Shown here: positions 11,377-23,548 of the stretch, piece after piece | How positions within the stretch are numbered: position 1 is the stretch's first letter | Layout of the letters: every line of letters begins with the position of its first letter | From: Heteronotia binoei | Taxonomy: Eukaryota | DNA: 64,000 nt | Assembly: GCF_032191835.1 (NCBI RefSeq) | Contig: NC_083240.1 | Span: 33,728,001-33,792,000, forward strand | Direction: 5' to 3' | Made by a program: the position numbers and the translations under genes | Notes under the pieces: model-generated | Database searches by the model: none | What the model was told of the DNA's origin: nothing | Seen by the model: only the letters and a program-made list of their open reading frames with translations

Positions 11377-11470
11377 GTGAGCTCGTGGTCTCTTCTGGTT
11401 CCATCTTGCTCCAACGTTGCTCAAGGGGGGGAAGAGGAAAATCTCACTGGCTTTTCTTTGTCGTTGGCAG

Positions 11471-11626
11471 GTGCGGGAGAACAAACGGAAACCCTCATTG
11501 CTCGTGCTCTCTTCTACGACCTGCTCGACAAGGCGGAGGTCCACAGCACCTATCGGAGTCTCCTGGCCAGCCTTGCCGTCCCCGCCAAAGGCCTGAAGAG
11601 TGCCTCTCGCCTCATCATGGAGAGAA
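11471..11626 (+). CDS. SERPINF1: PEDF exon 4 ([18 protein letters not shown]...[10 protein letters not shown])
   Basis: 156 nt, follows a 94-nt intron, phases consistent. Confidence 0.95.
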
Positions 11627-12597
11627 GTAAAGCTTGGTGCCTGTGTTCCACAGGAGTGAGGGCTGTTTGGGGAGGCCATAAGGAATAATGTTCCAAGTGC
11701 TAGCGGATTCTGGCTTATGGGCGAAATCATCCAAAAGGGCCCTTGGGAATTCTCCCTATAAGAATATTTGTTTCGACAAAATTTCATAGCAGATTGTGGG
11801 TTAATCAGGTAGCCCAGGTGGCACTGGAGTCCAAACAACTGGCATAGTAGCCAAGGGGCACAGGCCCAGCTACCGGAGAGTAAGAACCTCAGACACACAG
11901 GTCACTTATCATTGCAGTTTGCCTTTCCTTCTTTGCACAGCAAACCCCACTATACCTGTTTTAAAGCGAGAGGGCCTCTTATTGCAAACGTTGCTCAGGT
12001 TCAGATAAGGACATTAATTGCGTGCTCCCCATATGATATGATTGCCAACTCCAGGTTGGGACACTCCTGGAAATTTGGAGCCTGGAGAAAGTGGGGTCTG
12101 GGAAGGGAAAGGACCTCAGTGGGATATAATGTTACAGAGTCCACCCTCCAAAGCAGCCATTTTCTTCAGGGGAACTGATATATGTAGTATGGAAATCAGT
12201 TGTAATTCCAGGGGAAATAGCTATTTGGAAGCCTGGGGCGGGTGGTTCTCCATCAAGGCAGCAAGATGGAAGCTTCTGCATCTCTTCCACATCTATGGGG
12301 TGGTTTTGCCCCACAGATTTAGAGCTTTTTCTCCAGACATTGGTTGGAGAGGGGTTGTGGCTCAGTGGTAAAGCCTCTGCTTGGCATGCAGGAGATCCCA
12401 GGTTCAATTTCTGGCATCTCCATTCAAAAAGAATCAGGAAATAGGTAATGTGAAAGACCTCTACCCGAGACCTTGGAGAAACACTGCCAGTGAGCAAACA
12501 GTACCGACTTTGATGGACAGATGGTCCAATTCAGTATAAATCAGCTACATATTTGTTCAGTGGCCTACACATATATGAGCTTTCTGGTCTTTGGCAG

Positions 12598-12801
12598 GAC
12601 TGAGAATGAAAATTGGATTTGTCAATGAGCTAGAGAAATCTTACGGATTCCGGCCTAGAGTACTGACAGGAAACAGTCGCGTGGACCTGCAAGAGGCTAA
12701 CAACTGGGTGCAGCGGCAGACCAATGGGAAAGTTACTAGGTTCTTGCAGGAGATCCCCACTGGACTCAAGATCCTTCTCCTTGGAGCAGCATACTTCAAA
12801 G
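12598..12801 (+). CDS. SERPINF1: PEDF exon 5 ([25 protein letters not shown]...AAYFKG)
   Basis: 204 nt; serpin NNWV and YFKG motifs; ttggcAG and GTAAG boundaries. Confidence 0.95.
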
Positions 12802-14711
12802 GTAAGAGAGAGGGAGGGAGAGCTGAGAGAGGGAGGGAGAGCACCCAGGAAAAGGAGAAGATCCAGCAGTGACGCTGTTTGGAACAGGTTTTTTTAAAAA
12901 GGATTTGTTTTGTACTTGCTTGCAGAAACCTTCAGGACATTCACAGAAACATTTGCAATCAACTATATCATGCATATTAACATTTGGGGGCAGAGGGAGA
13001 CGGAAGACAAGAATAAGTTGAATAGCCTTATCCAGGGCTTTTTTTTCTGTAGCAGGAACTCCTTTACATATTAGGCCCCACCCCTATGATGAAGCCAACC
13101 CTCCAAGAGCTTACAGTAGGCCCTATAATAAGAGCTCTGTAAGCTCTTGGAGGATTGGCTACATCAGGGGTGTGTGGCCTAATATGCAAAGGAGTTCCTG
13201 CTACAAAAAAAGCCCCGGTCTTATCACGGTGCAATGCCAAAGGAAAGGAGGGGGAAGCCACACTTTGTAAGATAAGAGAGCATGTTCTATGACCAGTATA
13301 TTGAGAAGTACGTTGAAAATATGATCATAATGAATAATATTAATAAATGAACAAATAAAAAAATTAAGTCCTGACCAATACCCCCTCTAAGCTGTGGAGA
13401 CTTGTAAGCAAGAATTCTATTTCATGAGCTACTGGCATTAAAGCTGTGAGCTACTGCTCTGGGGCCAATTTTTTTCTAAGCTAAGAAAAAATGTGCGAGA
13501 CAGAGGCTAAAAAACAGTGAGCTAGCTCACACTAAGAGGGAACACTGGTCCAGGCCCAGTTATACAACAAATGGCCTTCACTTCTTAAGAAAGTAGCTTG
13601 CATAGGTTTAACTTTTGTTTTGTCTCATGTTGTGTTATTACTTATGAAATGATCCCACATTCTGACAGTCAGTTTTCATAGTGCTGGGAATGTTTACATC
13701 TTCACTGAACTAGTTTTGAGTTATTTCAGCTTAATAAAATTTAATTGTTCTTCTGGTAATTCAGAAGGGTTATTTCAGGGTCTTTTGTATCTGATGGTGC
13801 ATTCTGTGCATTGGAGAACCCTATGCCAGTATGTCTGGACCTTAGGATACAACCATTAGACAAGAAAGACACCGCACAATTAATATAGCACAAACATGCA
13901 TTTGCTTGAGACCAACACAGAGTTTGTTTGGCTTCAGCTGCAATTAGCCAATCCCTCTGAACTCTTTAACGTCAGTGCGTCTGGAGTTCAACAAGGGAGA
14001 GGATTGCCATTTTGCAACTAAATTGTTCCTTTAAAATTTGTTCCCAAGCCTTCATGTCCTTTGTTTCCCTTTCCAAAGGTCATCTCCTTGTACACAAAAT
14101 AAGGAGAGGGCTCCTTTGAAGTGGGCAGTTCTATTTAAAACTGGATTCTCTAAAGCAGTCTGCTGGTCTCTCAATGGTTTCTGCTAAACTAAGGACTGAT
14201 ACCAGTGTGCAGGAGGAACACACAGAAACGCAGTTCCGGATGGCTCAGTGTCAGGCCTAGTATGCAAATGAGTTCCTGCTGGACCTTTTCTTTAAAAACA
14301 TTGTCTGAAACAATGGTGATGCCAGGGGGTGTGGCCTAATATGCAAATGAGTTCCTGCTGGACCTTTTCCTACAAAAAAAGCCCTGCCAGCACTGTAAGT
14401 GTGAACAATCATACCAGGGCACATTCAAGCCTTGCCTTTTTGCTGAAATCTCTGCTTTTGACAGTACCTTCCTGTTATGTCTGATTTTTAAAAAAATTAC
14501 TGGTCTAGGTGCCAGGCTCAAACAAGGGCGATTTATAGGCAGAGGTGCCCACTATGCTGCATGCTGACATGCAGTCTGCCAAGTGTTTTCAGAAAAAGGT
14601 GGGGCTGGCAAGGCTTCTGATTGGCCACTGGAGACTTCTGTAACAAATGCATTCTAGGAAACTGGCGAAAAACCCTTAACAAAAAAAAAGCCTCCTTCCC
14701 CTTCTGAACAG

Positions 14712-14854
14712 GGAAATGGGAGACCAGATTTGACTCCAGATTGACTAGGCCGCAGGACTTCCATTTGGATGAGGACAGGACCGTGAGCATCCCCATGATG
14801 GCTTGCTCAAACGCCCTCGTGAAATATGGCTTTGACTCTGAGCTCAACTGCAAG
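14712..14854 (+). CDS. SERPINF1: PEDF exon 6 (KWETRFDSRLTRPQDFHLDEDRTVSIPMM...YGFDSELNCK)
   Basis: 143 nt; serpin W...F and V.PMM motifs; not in the ORF track, translated by hand. Confidence 0.95.
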
Positions 14855-16490
14855 GTCAGTATCGGAAGAGGAGCCCCTCCTTCCCCACCTGCCCCCTGAC
14901 TGCCCCACAGGAAGGTTGGAGGGGTCTGTCTGTCACTCTCCACCCCCAGCGCCGACAAATCCATGAGAAGCAGCACAAAACCCACCCTGGTCTGTATTCA
15001 GAGCATCATTTCAAAGTCTTTTGCAGTCCTTGTCTCTTCCTCCTCCTTGACTTGACTTTCTTGCCCCCTTTAAGGCATTTCCATGGACAAGATCCTGTGA
15101 TGCTCTCGCCCACCTAAGGTCATGCATAGAACCTTGGCCAGGATTTGAACGTGAGCCCCCGAATCAAGGCCAACACTGGCTACGTGCTCTGTAAAAAGGG
15201 TCCATGTGTTGCCTAAGCACTTGGACTCCATGCCATGGTGTCTCCCCCCCAACCTCCTTCCTCATCACTACAACAGCTAAAACTGGCCAAGGGGCTTTCC
15301 CTAAACGGGGATTAGACAGATTCATGGAGGATAGGACTGTGAATGGCTACCAGACGTGGTGACTGAGGGAAGCCTCCATATCCAGAGGCAGTAAACCTCT
15401 GAATCCCAGTGCCAGGCGGCAACATCAGGGGAAGGCCTCAGCCTCCATACCCTGTTGTTGGTCCTCCAGAGTAACCGGTTGGTCACTGTGTGAGACAGGA
15501 TGCTAGGCTCTTATGTTAATTCCTGCCCCCTGGTGCTGGGCAGAGGTGTGGGAAGCACCACTTTTAGTGGCTTCTCCCAGAATTCCAAAGTTCTAGTCAG
15601 AAAAGCTTCTGGAAAGGAAGCAAAAGCTTCTCTAGCTGAAGTGTCAAATGAGAATGACAATCTGGCTAGTTGTGATAAGGCTGTTTGGGATTTACACGGC
15701 CTTTTGATTTCCAGAGAAGGCCAGCTTCATCCACTGGTTCCGAAAGAGGAGCATAATTAAAGACCAAGAGTGGGATTTGTAAATTGGATGTTATGAATAG
15801 AGATGGCAGTGTTCAGCAAGGGTAGGCTTTTCAGGGTTTCCGCTGGCACTGGCAGCTGCTCCGTGGAGACAGAAGAGGCAGGGCGACTGTTCTAAGGGAG
15901 GGCTGAGGCAGCATTTAAACTACCCTCAAGCCTTCTAGGAACCAAAACTGCACCCACCGGTCACTCCCCCACCCCTCATTTTTCAAGGAGCTGCATCTAA
16001 ATACCAACCACACCAGAAACTCCTCTTTTTTGGGTAAGCATGCCTTTCTGCAGGCTGGACGGAGGGATTCCCCTCTTGCCCAAGCATTTTCCAAACCATT
16101 TACCATTACAAGTAGGGTTGACAGATCTGGGTTGAGAAATACTTAGCAATTTGGGGGGTGGAATCTGAGAAGAGCAGGGTTTGGTGAGAGGAGGTACCTC
16201 AACAGGGTACAATACCATTGAATTCACCCTCCAAAGCAGCCATTTTCTGCAGAGCAACCCATCTCAGTTGTCTGTAGATCGGTTGTATTCCCAGATCTCC
16301 AGAACCCATCTGGAGGTTGGCAACCAAAAACCACAAGGTAGATGAGTCATGGAAAGCAAATCATGACAAAAAGTTCATGCTGCTACGAGCCTCTTAGGGC
16401 TGATTGGGTGGGATACTTGAGGTCACTGGAGGATTGACCCCTTTGGAATTTCAGTGCCTGACCTTGTGCTTTCTCCGACTCCCACCCCAG

Positions 16491-16701
16491 ATTGCCCAGT
16501 TGCCCCTGGAGGGGAGTGTCAGTGCCGTGTTCTTTCTGCCCCAAAGCGTGACCCAGAATATGACGCTGATTGAAGAGAGCCTCACCTCGGAGTTTGTCCA
16601 TGACATCAACAAGCAGCTGAAGTCCATCTGCGTGGATCTGCGCATGCCGCGGCTCAAGCTGGCTTCGGAGGTGACCCTGGCCGACACTTTCCAGGAAATG
16701 C
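16491..16701 (+). CDS. SERPINF1: PEDF exon 7 (IAQLPLEGSVSAVFFLPQSVTQNMTLIEESLTSEFVHDI...QEM)
   Basis: 211 nt; conserved N285 sequon; AG/GT boundaries. Confidence 0.95.
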
Positions 16702-17843
16702 GTACGTACTTGGCACAGGTCTCTGGTGGGGCGGAGTTTGTACCTGCACTGCCATCATGCTTGGCCGGTCCAGATCTGCTCTGCTGCTAATTGGATGCTC
16801 TAGAGCAGGGCCAGCCAATGACAGCCAGGCTGATGGAATGGTCCCAGTGACTAGACTCCCAGGGGTGCTCTCGGGCCTGGGGATGGCCATCTCTTTGGTG
16901 TTTGTATCTGGTGTCCACTTATCAGAGGGATGCTGCCTCTGAACACACTTGCAGTAATCAGGACATCATGAACATCTTAGTTTAAGTCAGAACACTAGGA
17001 GCACACAACGTCCTGTGCAAACCTCTTCTACATCTGCTGACCCTGAACTTACTGTCAGTCTGTTTCATTAGAAGGCTGGGGTGGATGTGTAGAAGCCTGG
17101 GTGGGTGTGATGGTATTGGAAGAACAGAGAAGATGATATTAGATTTATATCTCGCCCTATACACTGAATCTCAGAGCGGTCACAATCTTCTTTTACCTTT
17201 CCCCACACACAACAGGCACCCTGTGAGCAATGTTCCCTCTAAGCTGTTAGTGTGAGCTAGCTCACAGATTTTTAGCCTCCAGATCACACATTATTGTCTT
17301 CGTTCAGGAAAAGTGGACCCAGAGCACAATAATTTATGCGGTAGCTCACAATTTTAATGCCAGTAACTCACAGCTTTAATACCAGTAGCTCACAAAGTAG
17401 AATTTTTGCTCACAAGACTCTGCAGTTTAGAGGGAACATTGTCTGTGAGGTAGGTGGGGCTGAGAAAGCTCTCACAGCAGCTGCCCTTTCAAGGACAACC
17501 TCTGCTATGGCTGACCCAAGGCCATTCCAGCAGTTGTAAGTGGAGGAGTGGGGAATCAAACCCAGTTTTACCAGATAAAAGTCTGTGCACATAACCACTA
17601 CACCAAACTGGCTCTCGACAAGGCTTCTCTTAGCATCACCCACCCACACCCAAATAGAGGACAAGGCTTCTCTTAGCATCACCCACACGAAGTCACTGTC
17701 CACAAAATGGCAGTTTTCTTCTGATTGACAGCTGTCTTCCCAGGAACCTCTCCAGTTCCTTCTCTCATTTGCTACTCCTCTGCTGGGAGCACTAGAGATG
17801 TAGCCTAGCTCCTGCTCTGTTCTAACCCATCTTTTCTTTGCAG

Positions 17844-18103
17844 GGCTCGAGGCGCTCTTTGAGACCCCCGACTTCAGCAAGATCGCTGCTAAGCCCCTCA
17901 AGCTCTCCCACGTGCAGCACAAAGCCAGCCTGGAAGTGAATGAAGAAGGGGTTGGATCAGCAACCCCGCCACAGGCGGAGACTCCCTGCCCAAGCTTCCA
18001 CATAGACTACCACTTGGACAGACCGTTCTTGGTGGTGGTCCAGGACAATGAGACAGGAGCTCTTCTCTTCATTGGGAAAATCCTTGACCCCAGAGGCACT
18101 TAG
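17844..18103 (+). CDS. SERPINF1: PEDF exon 8 including reactive-centre loop and stop (…ALLFIGKILDPRGT*)
   Basis: 260 nt; serpin signature DRPF...LLFIGKI; spliced CDS 1257 nt = 418 aa. The proline-rich hinge fits a non-inhibitory serpin. Confidence 0.96.
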
Positions 18104-18201
18104 GGCCCCCCACCCTCCACCACAGCGGCCCACCTGGGAAGCGGGCAGATAGTTCTCCGTATGCATTCCGTGCCCCAGAGGCACCATGCCTGACGTGCTG
18201 C

Positions 18202-18207
18202 AATAAA
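18202..18207 (+). terminator. SERPINF1: SERPINF1 polyadenylation signal AATAAA
   Basis: First AATAAA, ~100 nt after the stop, followed by a U-rich tract. Confidence 0.75.
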
Positions 18208-18360
18208 ATGGCTTTTTGCTTTAGACGCGCCCCAAGATCAATTCGCTTCTTGGGCCAGAACCATCTTTTACTTTGCCTTGGTACCTTGTAGCTGATAGGA
18301 TAGCTGTCCAAAAAGTAGACAATAGGGTGTACATGAGTGTGGGTATGGGCAACAATTCTC

Positions 18361-18366
18361 TTTATT
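18361..18366 (-). terminator. SMYD4: Candidate SMYD4 polyadenylation signal (TTTATT on +)
   Basis: AATAAA on the minus strand ~790 nt after the SMYD4 stop. Alternative hexamers at 18544-18557. Confidence 0.4.
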
Positions 18367-19151
18367 TTGTTGTGTCTTTTGCATCACCTGTAGCATCCAG
18401 AGTGACCTTAAGGGCAATAAATGCAACATTCTCTACCAAATCCCAAGGGTGCACCAGTGTCCAATGGGCCAGGATCTGTGTGCATGCATGCAGGCACATA
18501 GCCTTTCAGTAGCTGTCCCTTGTACGTTGCAGGGTATGTGTGATTTATTTATTTATTAGACTTATATCCTGCCGTCCCCGTTGACTCAGGCTCAGGGCGG
18601 GATATAAGTCTTTGCCACTGCCAATGATTTGCTGCCAGAAGGGGAGGCAACCCCAAAATGAAAACCAGCACCTGCAGTCTCCCATTCATGGCATAGTTTC
18701 TTCTGGTTGACAGATGATCATAGAGTCTAAAAGATACCTTCTAGTCTTCTGATTGGGGGAACTCAGCCTCCAACCCCGAGAGTCAGACTATCCCATGGCT
18801 GTTGCTGCAAAAATGGTCCCCCAACCCTTCCAAGCCACCCAACTAAGTGCTCAGGGTACCACCAGTTCTGTGAGCATAACAGACTCCACCCCCCCCCCCC
18901 CACATCCCATCTTCCAGTTGTCATCCTCCACATATCTGAAGGCTGCAGTCGTCACTGTTCTTGAGGAAACTCTGTGGCTTCTGGGAACAAACAAAGGAAT
19001 GTGGTGTTTTGCCATGCAGCATCACAGTGACTGCCTGGTGTCTCTTTTTGATGTGATTCTCTCTTTGAGTCCACGTGCAACAGCGTATCTGCCCTAAGAA
19101 TTGACAAGGGGTGTGTGTGTCCCACTCCTGCTCCATTCCCTGGGCTGAGCC

Positions 19152-19341
19152 TTAATGCATGGTGTGCAGGTTTCCCGGCGATGACCATGACCTTCCAGAT
19201 GCAACAAAGGCATACAGCGCTTCTTCGAGGAAGGCTTTCATCATGTGCAGCTCTTGGACCTGGGAGTTCTGAAGACCCAAATGCACAGACAGGATCCTTT
19301 CAGCCTTCTCAACAACGGTTAGGGCTTCTGGCACGGCACGT
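19152..19341 (-). CDS. SMYD4: SMYD4 last coding exon (RAVPEALTVVEKAERILSVHLG...LHTMH*)
   Basis: Matches the SMYD4 C-terminus; acceptor at 19342-19343; phase 2. Confidence 0.9.
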
Positions 19342-20010
19342 CTAGTCAGAAAAGGAGGTAGCGTTGAGATCTCCAGGGGACAGGCAGGGAAACACTTCCC
19401 TTCTGCAGGACCCCAAAAAGGGCTATGAACACCCTTTTTAGCAGGAAAAAAGGTATTGTGGTGTTTCAAAAGGAGCCCAGGAAGCCTGCTTGTGGGGTAG
19501 AGAGGGGACATCTGAACCACAAGGCTGCTTGTGCATTTCTCAGCCGACCATGGCGGCTGCTTTCACTTTGAGAAGAGCTCAAGTCCTGTGCCCATGTGTG
19601 TAAGGCATGGACCACACCAGAGTGAGAAAAGCCTGGGCACATGGAGGTGCCTTCTATTGATTCAGGCACTTAGTCCATCGAGGTCAATGCTGTCAACTCA
19701 GACTGACAGTGTCTCCAGGCAGAGGTCTTTCTGGTCACCTATGACATCATCCTTTTAACGAGATGCCAGGGAGTGAACCTGGGACCTTCTGCATGCCAGG
19801 CAGATGTTATCCCACTAAGCCATGGCCCTTCCCCTAGAACTGTAACTGCTTTCTATTCAAACTGACAGCGGCTCTCCAGCTTCTCAAGCAGAAGCCTTTC
19901 ACATCACCCACCAGTTGATCCTGCAGATGCTGGGGATTGAACCTGGGACCTTCTGCATGCTCCCTCTACACAATGTACTGAGATGTGTGTGTGTGGGGGG
20001 GAGTGCTTAC

Positions 20011-20134
20011 CCATTAAAGAGGACTTGTGCCAACTTGAAGAGCTCCTGACCCACTTCCACGCTGGAGGGCCCATAACGGGCTTCTACGGCCTGTATGCTG
20101 CTACGCAGGTGCCCTGCTGCCGTCTGCCATTTCC
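20011..20134 (-). CDS. SMYD4: SMYD4 exon 10 (KWQTAAGHLRSSIQAVEARYGPSSVEVGQELFKLAQVLFNG)
   Basis: 124 nt, translated by hand; GPSSVE.G.ELFKLAQ motif; splice sites consistent. Confidence 0.93.
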
Positions 20135-21515
20135 CTGGCAAAGAGAAATAAATGGCTGGTCATTGTGCCAAGGGGTATACTAAAAATGGGGGGAGGGAAG
20201 GAAGAGGGTATTGTTTTTAAAACCAAAATGAAGAAGGAAAACCACTCAGACCAAATTAATAACAGACATGAAAATGTAGACTTTCAGTTGTCAAATATTA
20301 AGTATGATGCATATACGTGTGAGAGCAAACAAAACTGTTCTAGGTTTACAGATTCATGGATGGGGCTTGAACTGGTGATTGGCTAATCAGGGTTATGGAC
20401 GGTGAGTTAGCACTGTCAACTCTGCAAGGCATCAGTGAAGGCCAGCAAGTCCTTCCTGGAGATCAGGAGGAAAGAGACAATAAACAGCCGATATCACCAA
20501 GTGCCGTCAAGTCACATCTGACTTATGGTGACCCCTTGTGGGGGTTTCAAGGCAAGAAATGTAGAGGTTGTTTATCATTGCCTGCCCCTGCATAGCAACT
20601 CTGGTCTTCCTTGGTGGTCTCCTATCCAAGTAATAATTGGGGCCAGCCCTGCTTAGCTTTCAAGTTTTGGCTAGTCTGGCTGCTGCTAGCATAACAATGG
20701 ACTTGCATAAATGTTGCGATGCAGCTGCAGGGTTTGGGTCACCCCATCTTAGAGCACGTATCATAGAGTTGGAAGTTGTAAAGTTATCTAGGGGGAAAAA
20801 AAGGGGGTCGTAGGATGGGGAGAGTGGACAGAAGTTTTTCTCCTCATATAAGATAAGAGTTGGCTTTTATATCCCGCTTTTCTGTTACCTTAAGGAGTCT
20901 CAACGTGGCTTACAAGCCTATTCCCTTCCTCTCCCTACTACAGGTATCTTGTGAAGTAAGATGGAACTGAGAGAGTTCTCAGAGAACTGTGACTGGCCCA
21001 AGGTCACCCAGCAGGCTTTGTGTGGAGGAGTGGGGGATCAAACCCAGTTCTTCAGATCAGAGTCCACCGCTCTTAACCACTACCCTACACTGGCTCTCAA
21101 GAGTAGGTTTTTATATCCGACTTTTCTATACTCTAAAGAGTCTCAAAGTGGCTTACAATCACCTTCTCTTCCTCTCCCCACAGCAGGCACCTTGCGAGAC
21201 AGGTGGGCCTGAGAGTGTTCTGAGAGAACTTGCATAAATGTTGCGACGCAGCACTTATGCAAGGTCACCCAGCTGGCTGCATGTAAAGGAGGAATAGGGA
21301 ATCAACCTGGTTCTCCAGATTAGAGTCCACCGCTCTTAACCACTACACCATGCTGGCTCATATAACAGTAGAAACCTAAGGTGCCCCATGAAACTGAGTG
21401 GTCTGATCTAGCATAGTTGTGGGTTTTTTTTAATAATCCGAGATGTATTTAAAGCTGGCTTGGAAGGCAGAATATACTCAGAACCTGCCATGTTAAGCTC
21501 TAGTCCAACATTTAC

Positions 21516-21632
21516 CCAGGGCCGCGTATGCTTTTGCCAAGTGATCCTCTATCTCGCCCACCATCAAGTGCTCTGGACAGAGGAATCTTTGAGCTTCTGA
21601 CCTGCATCTCAGCAGCAGCTTCAGTGATTGAT
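21516..21632 (-). CDS. SMYD4: SMYD4 exon 9 (QSLKLLLRCRSEAQRFLCPEHLMVGEIEDHLAKAYAALG)
   Basis: 117 nt; EH..VGEI.D.LA.A.AALG motif. Confidence 0.93.
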
Positions 21633-22788
21633 CTGCCAATGCAACAAACACAAAGTCAATGTCCGTCCCAGACACTGCTCCCCATTCCGCTGCAACAGGG
21701 ACAGTGAAGCTGGGTTCCATTTCAGCTCCTTCCTCTCCATCACCAAGAGTCTTTGCTCTCCATTCGTGCACAGAAGTCCAGTAGGTGAATTCTTCATTTA
21801 GAGATGATACAAACAAGGCTGAATATGATGCAGCTTACTGGACCACTACACATGTCAGCGTAGCAGACACTGGAGTTCACTGGAACTCTTAGAAAAAGGA
21901 GCAAAGTTGAGGTATATGTAGAGTGCATGCTGGGTTATGCATCAGAAAGATTGTCTGAATTCATAACGCAGCACCACCCATCAAGCAGTGATCATTACGG
22001 GGTGGAAACTAGTCAAGGGGTCAAAATTACTGATCTTACTGGCCAAAATTTTTAAAAAGACTGGTCAAATACTGGCCACAAAGTCTGACAAATTACTAAA
22101 CAATTTAATTTCAGCCTATTGATAAATTAGCATTTTAAAAGTGAAACTGGGACTTCATTTAAAATTATTATTATCTAGCCTCCGCCATCCCCACAGCCAG
22201 CCATTGCACACCTATTTATTGGAAAAAAATTGTATGATGATAGGACAATGTTTTCATTACTGTACAAAATTTAAGGCAGGTCATGACCAATGTTCCCAAT
22301 AGAATTTCTTGTGAGCAAAAATTCTACTTTGTGAGCTACTGGCAGTAAAGTTGTGAGCTACTGCAGAAATTATTGTACTCTGGGGTCATCCTTCCTGAGC
22401 CAAGACAAAAATGTCTGAGCTGGAGGCTAAAAACCTGTGAGCTAGCTCATTCTAACTCAGAGGGAACGCTGGTCATGACTAACCCCTGCATATTGCTGAC
22501 AAGGTGATGGCTGAGACAAGCCTACACTAAGGAAACCTTCACAGCAAGAGAAAGATTTGACTCAAGGGCCTTCTGGATCACAGCTGCCCTATCAAGTGCC
22601 TGGAAATGCCACTTGCCTGCCTGTTTAGCTAACCTTTAGCTTATTACTGGACAGCCTTTCATTACAGTGATGATCTATCTGTATTCAGCTTGCAAAGTCC
22701 AATACTGTCCACCAGTGCACCTCATGAAAATTCTTGTTACTCATCTAAAAGCAGGTCAACAGGGAGCAGCATCCCCAGTGACCCTTAC

Positions 22789-22918
22789 CTGGTTGGCCCA
22801 TTTCAAGCATGTCCTGGGCCGTCTTGGTCATTTGCCGGAGTTCCCACAACTGATGCTGCAAGTCGTCTTCATAGATCAGCGCTTTGCAGGCCTCACAGCA
22901 CAGGAGCCTATTCTCCTC
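22789..22918 (-). CDS. SMYD4: SMYD4 exon 8 (EENRLLCCEACKALIYEDDLQHQLWELRQMTKTAQDMLEMGQP)
   Basis: 130 nt; phase 0 to phase 1 fits its neighbours; ctgtAG and GTAAGG boundaries. Divergent in sequence. Confidence 0.8.
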
Positions 22919-23332
22919 CTACAGAAGTCCACATGACGATCAGTGCCACTCATGCAACCGCGCAGCTCGTTAATGGGCTTACTTCACTGCCCACGATGCA
23001 TTTGTTACATAAATATTTTGACTGAAACAGTCCACAGGATGGCTAACAAATAACAGAACAATTAAAACTGACAATTGTAAATGAAAAGAAAATTAAACAG
23101 TAGCCTAGACAATTAAAACTAAGAATGACGCTACACGGGCAGAAATATCAGTGAAACTTGCCAGTTATGTTTTTATTCAAAGGCGAAGTTTGCATTGTGG
23201 TATCTTTGAGAAGCAGTGACATGAATTTCCTTGAGGAGGATTACTGGTGCCACTATTGAGAAGGCTATGTTGCTTATTAATATGGTCGAAATGTCAGGTG
23301 TTTGATGTTCATATTTGAACATCATATGTTGG

Positions 23333-23548
23333 GAGGGACAGTGGCTCACTGGTAGAGCATCTGCTTGGGAAGCAGAAGGTCCCAGGTTCAATCCCTGGCA
23401 TCTCCAAAAAAGGGTCCAGGCAAATAGGTGTGAAAAACCTCAGCTTGAGACCCTGGAGAGCTGCTGCCAGTCTGAGAAGACAATACTGACTTTGATGGAC
23501 CAAGGGTCTGATTCAGTATAAGGCAGCTTCATATGTTCATATGTTCAT
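23333..23548 (+). mobile_element. tRNA-head SINE with (ATATGTTC)n tail (Squam2-like); other copies at 40693-40902(+), 12347-12560(+), ~26845-27022(-), heads at ~19760-19960(-)
   Basis: TGGCTCAGTGG A box and GGTTCAATCCC B box; the 23333 and 40693 copies are ~95% identical by eye. Confidence 0.8.

Noticed and set aside
23333-23410. tRNA-like sequences here and at 12347, 40693 and other SINE heads
   Set aside because: They continue into SINE bodies and tails and lack a proper cloverleaf; not tRNA genes.
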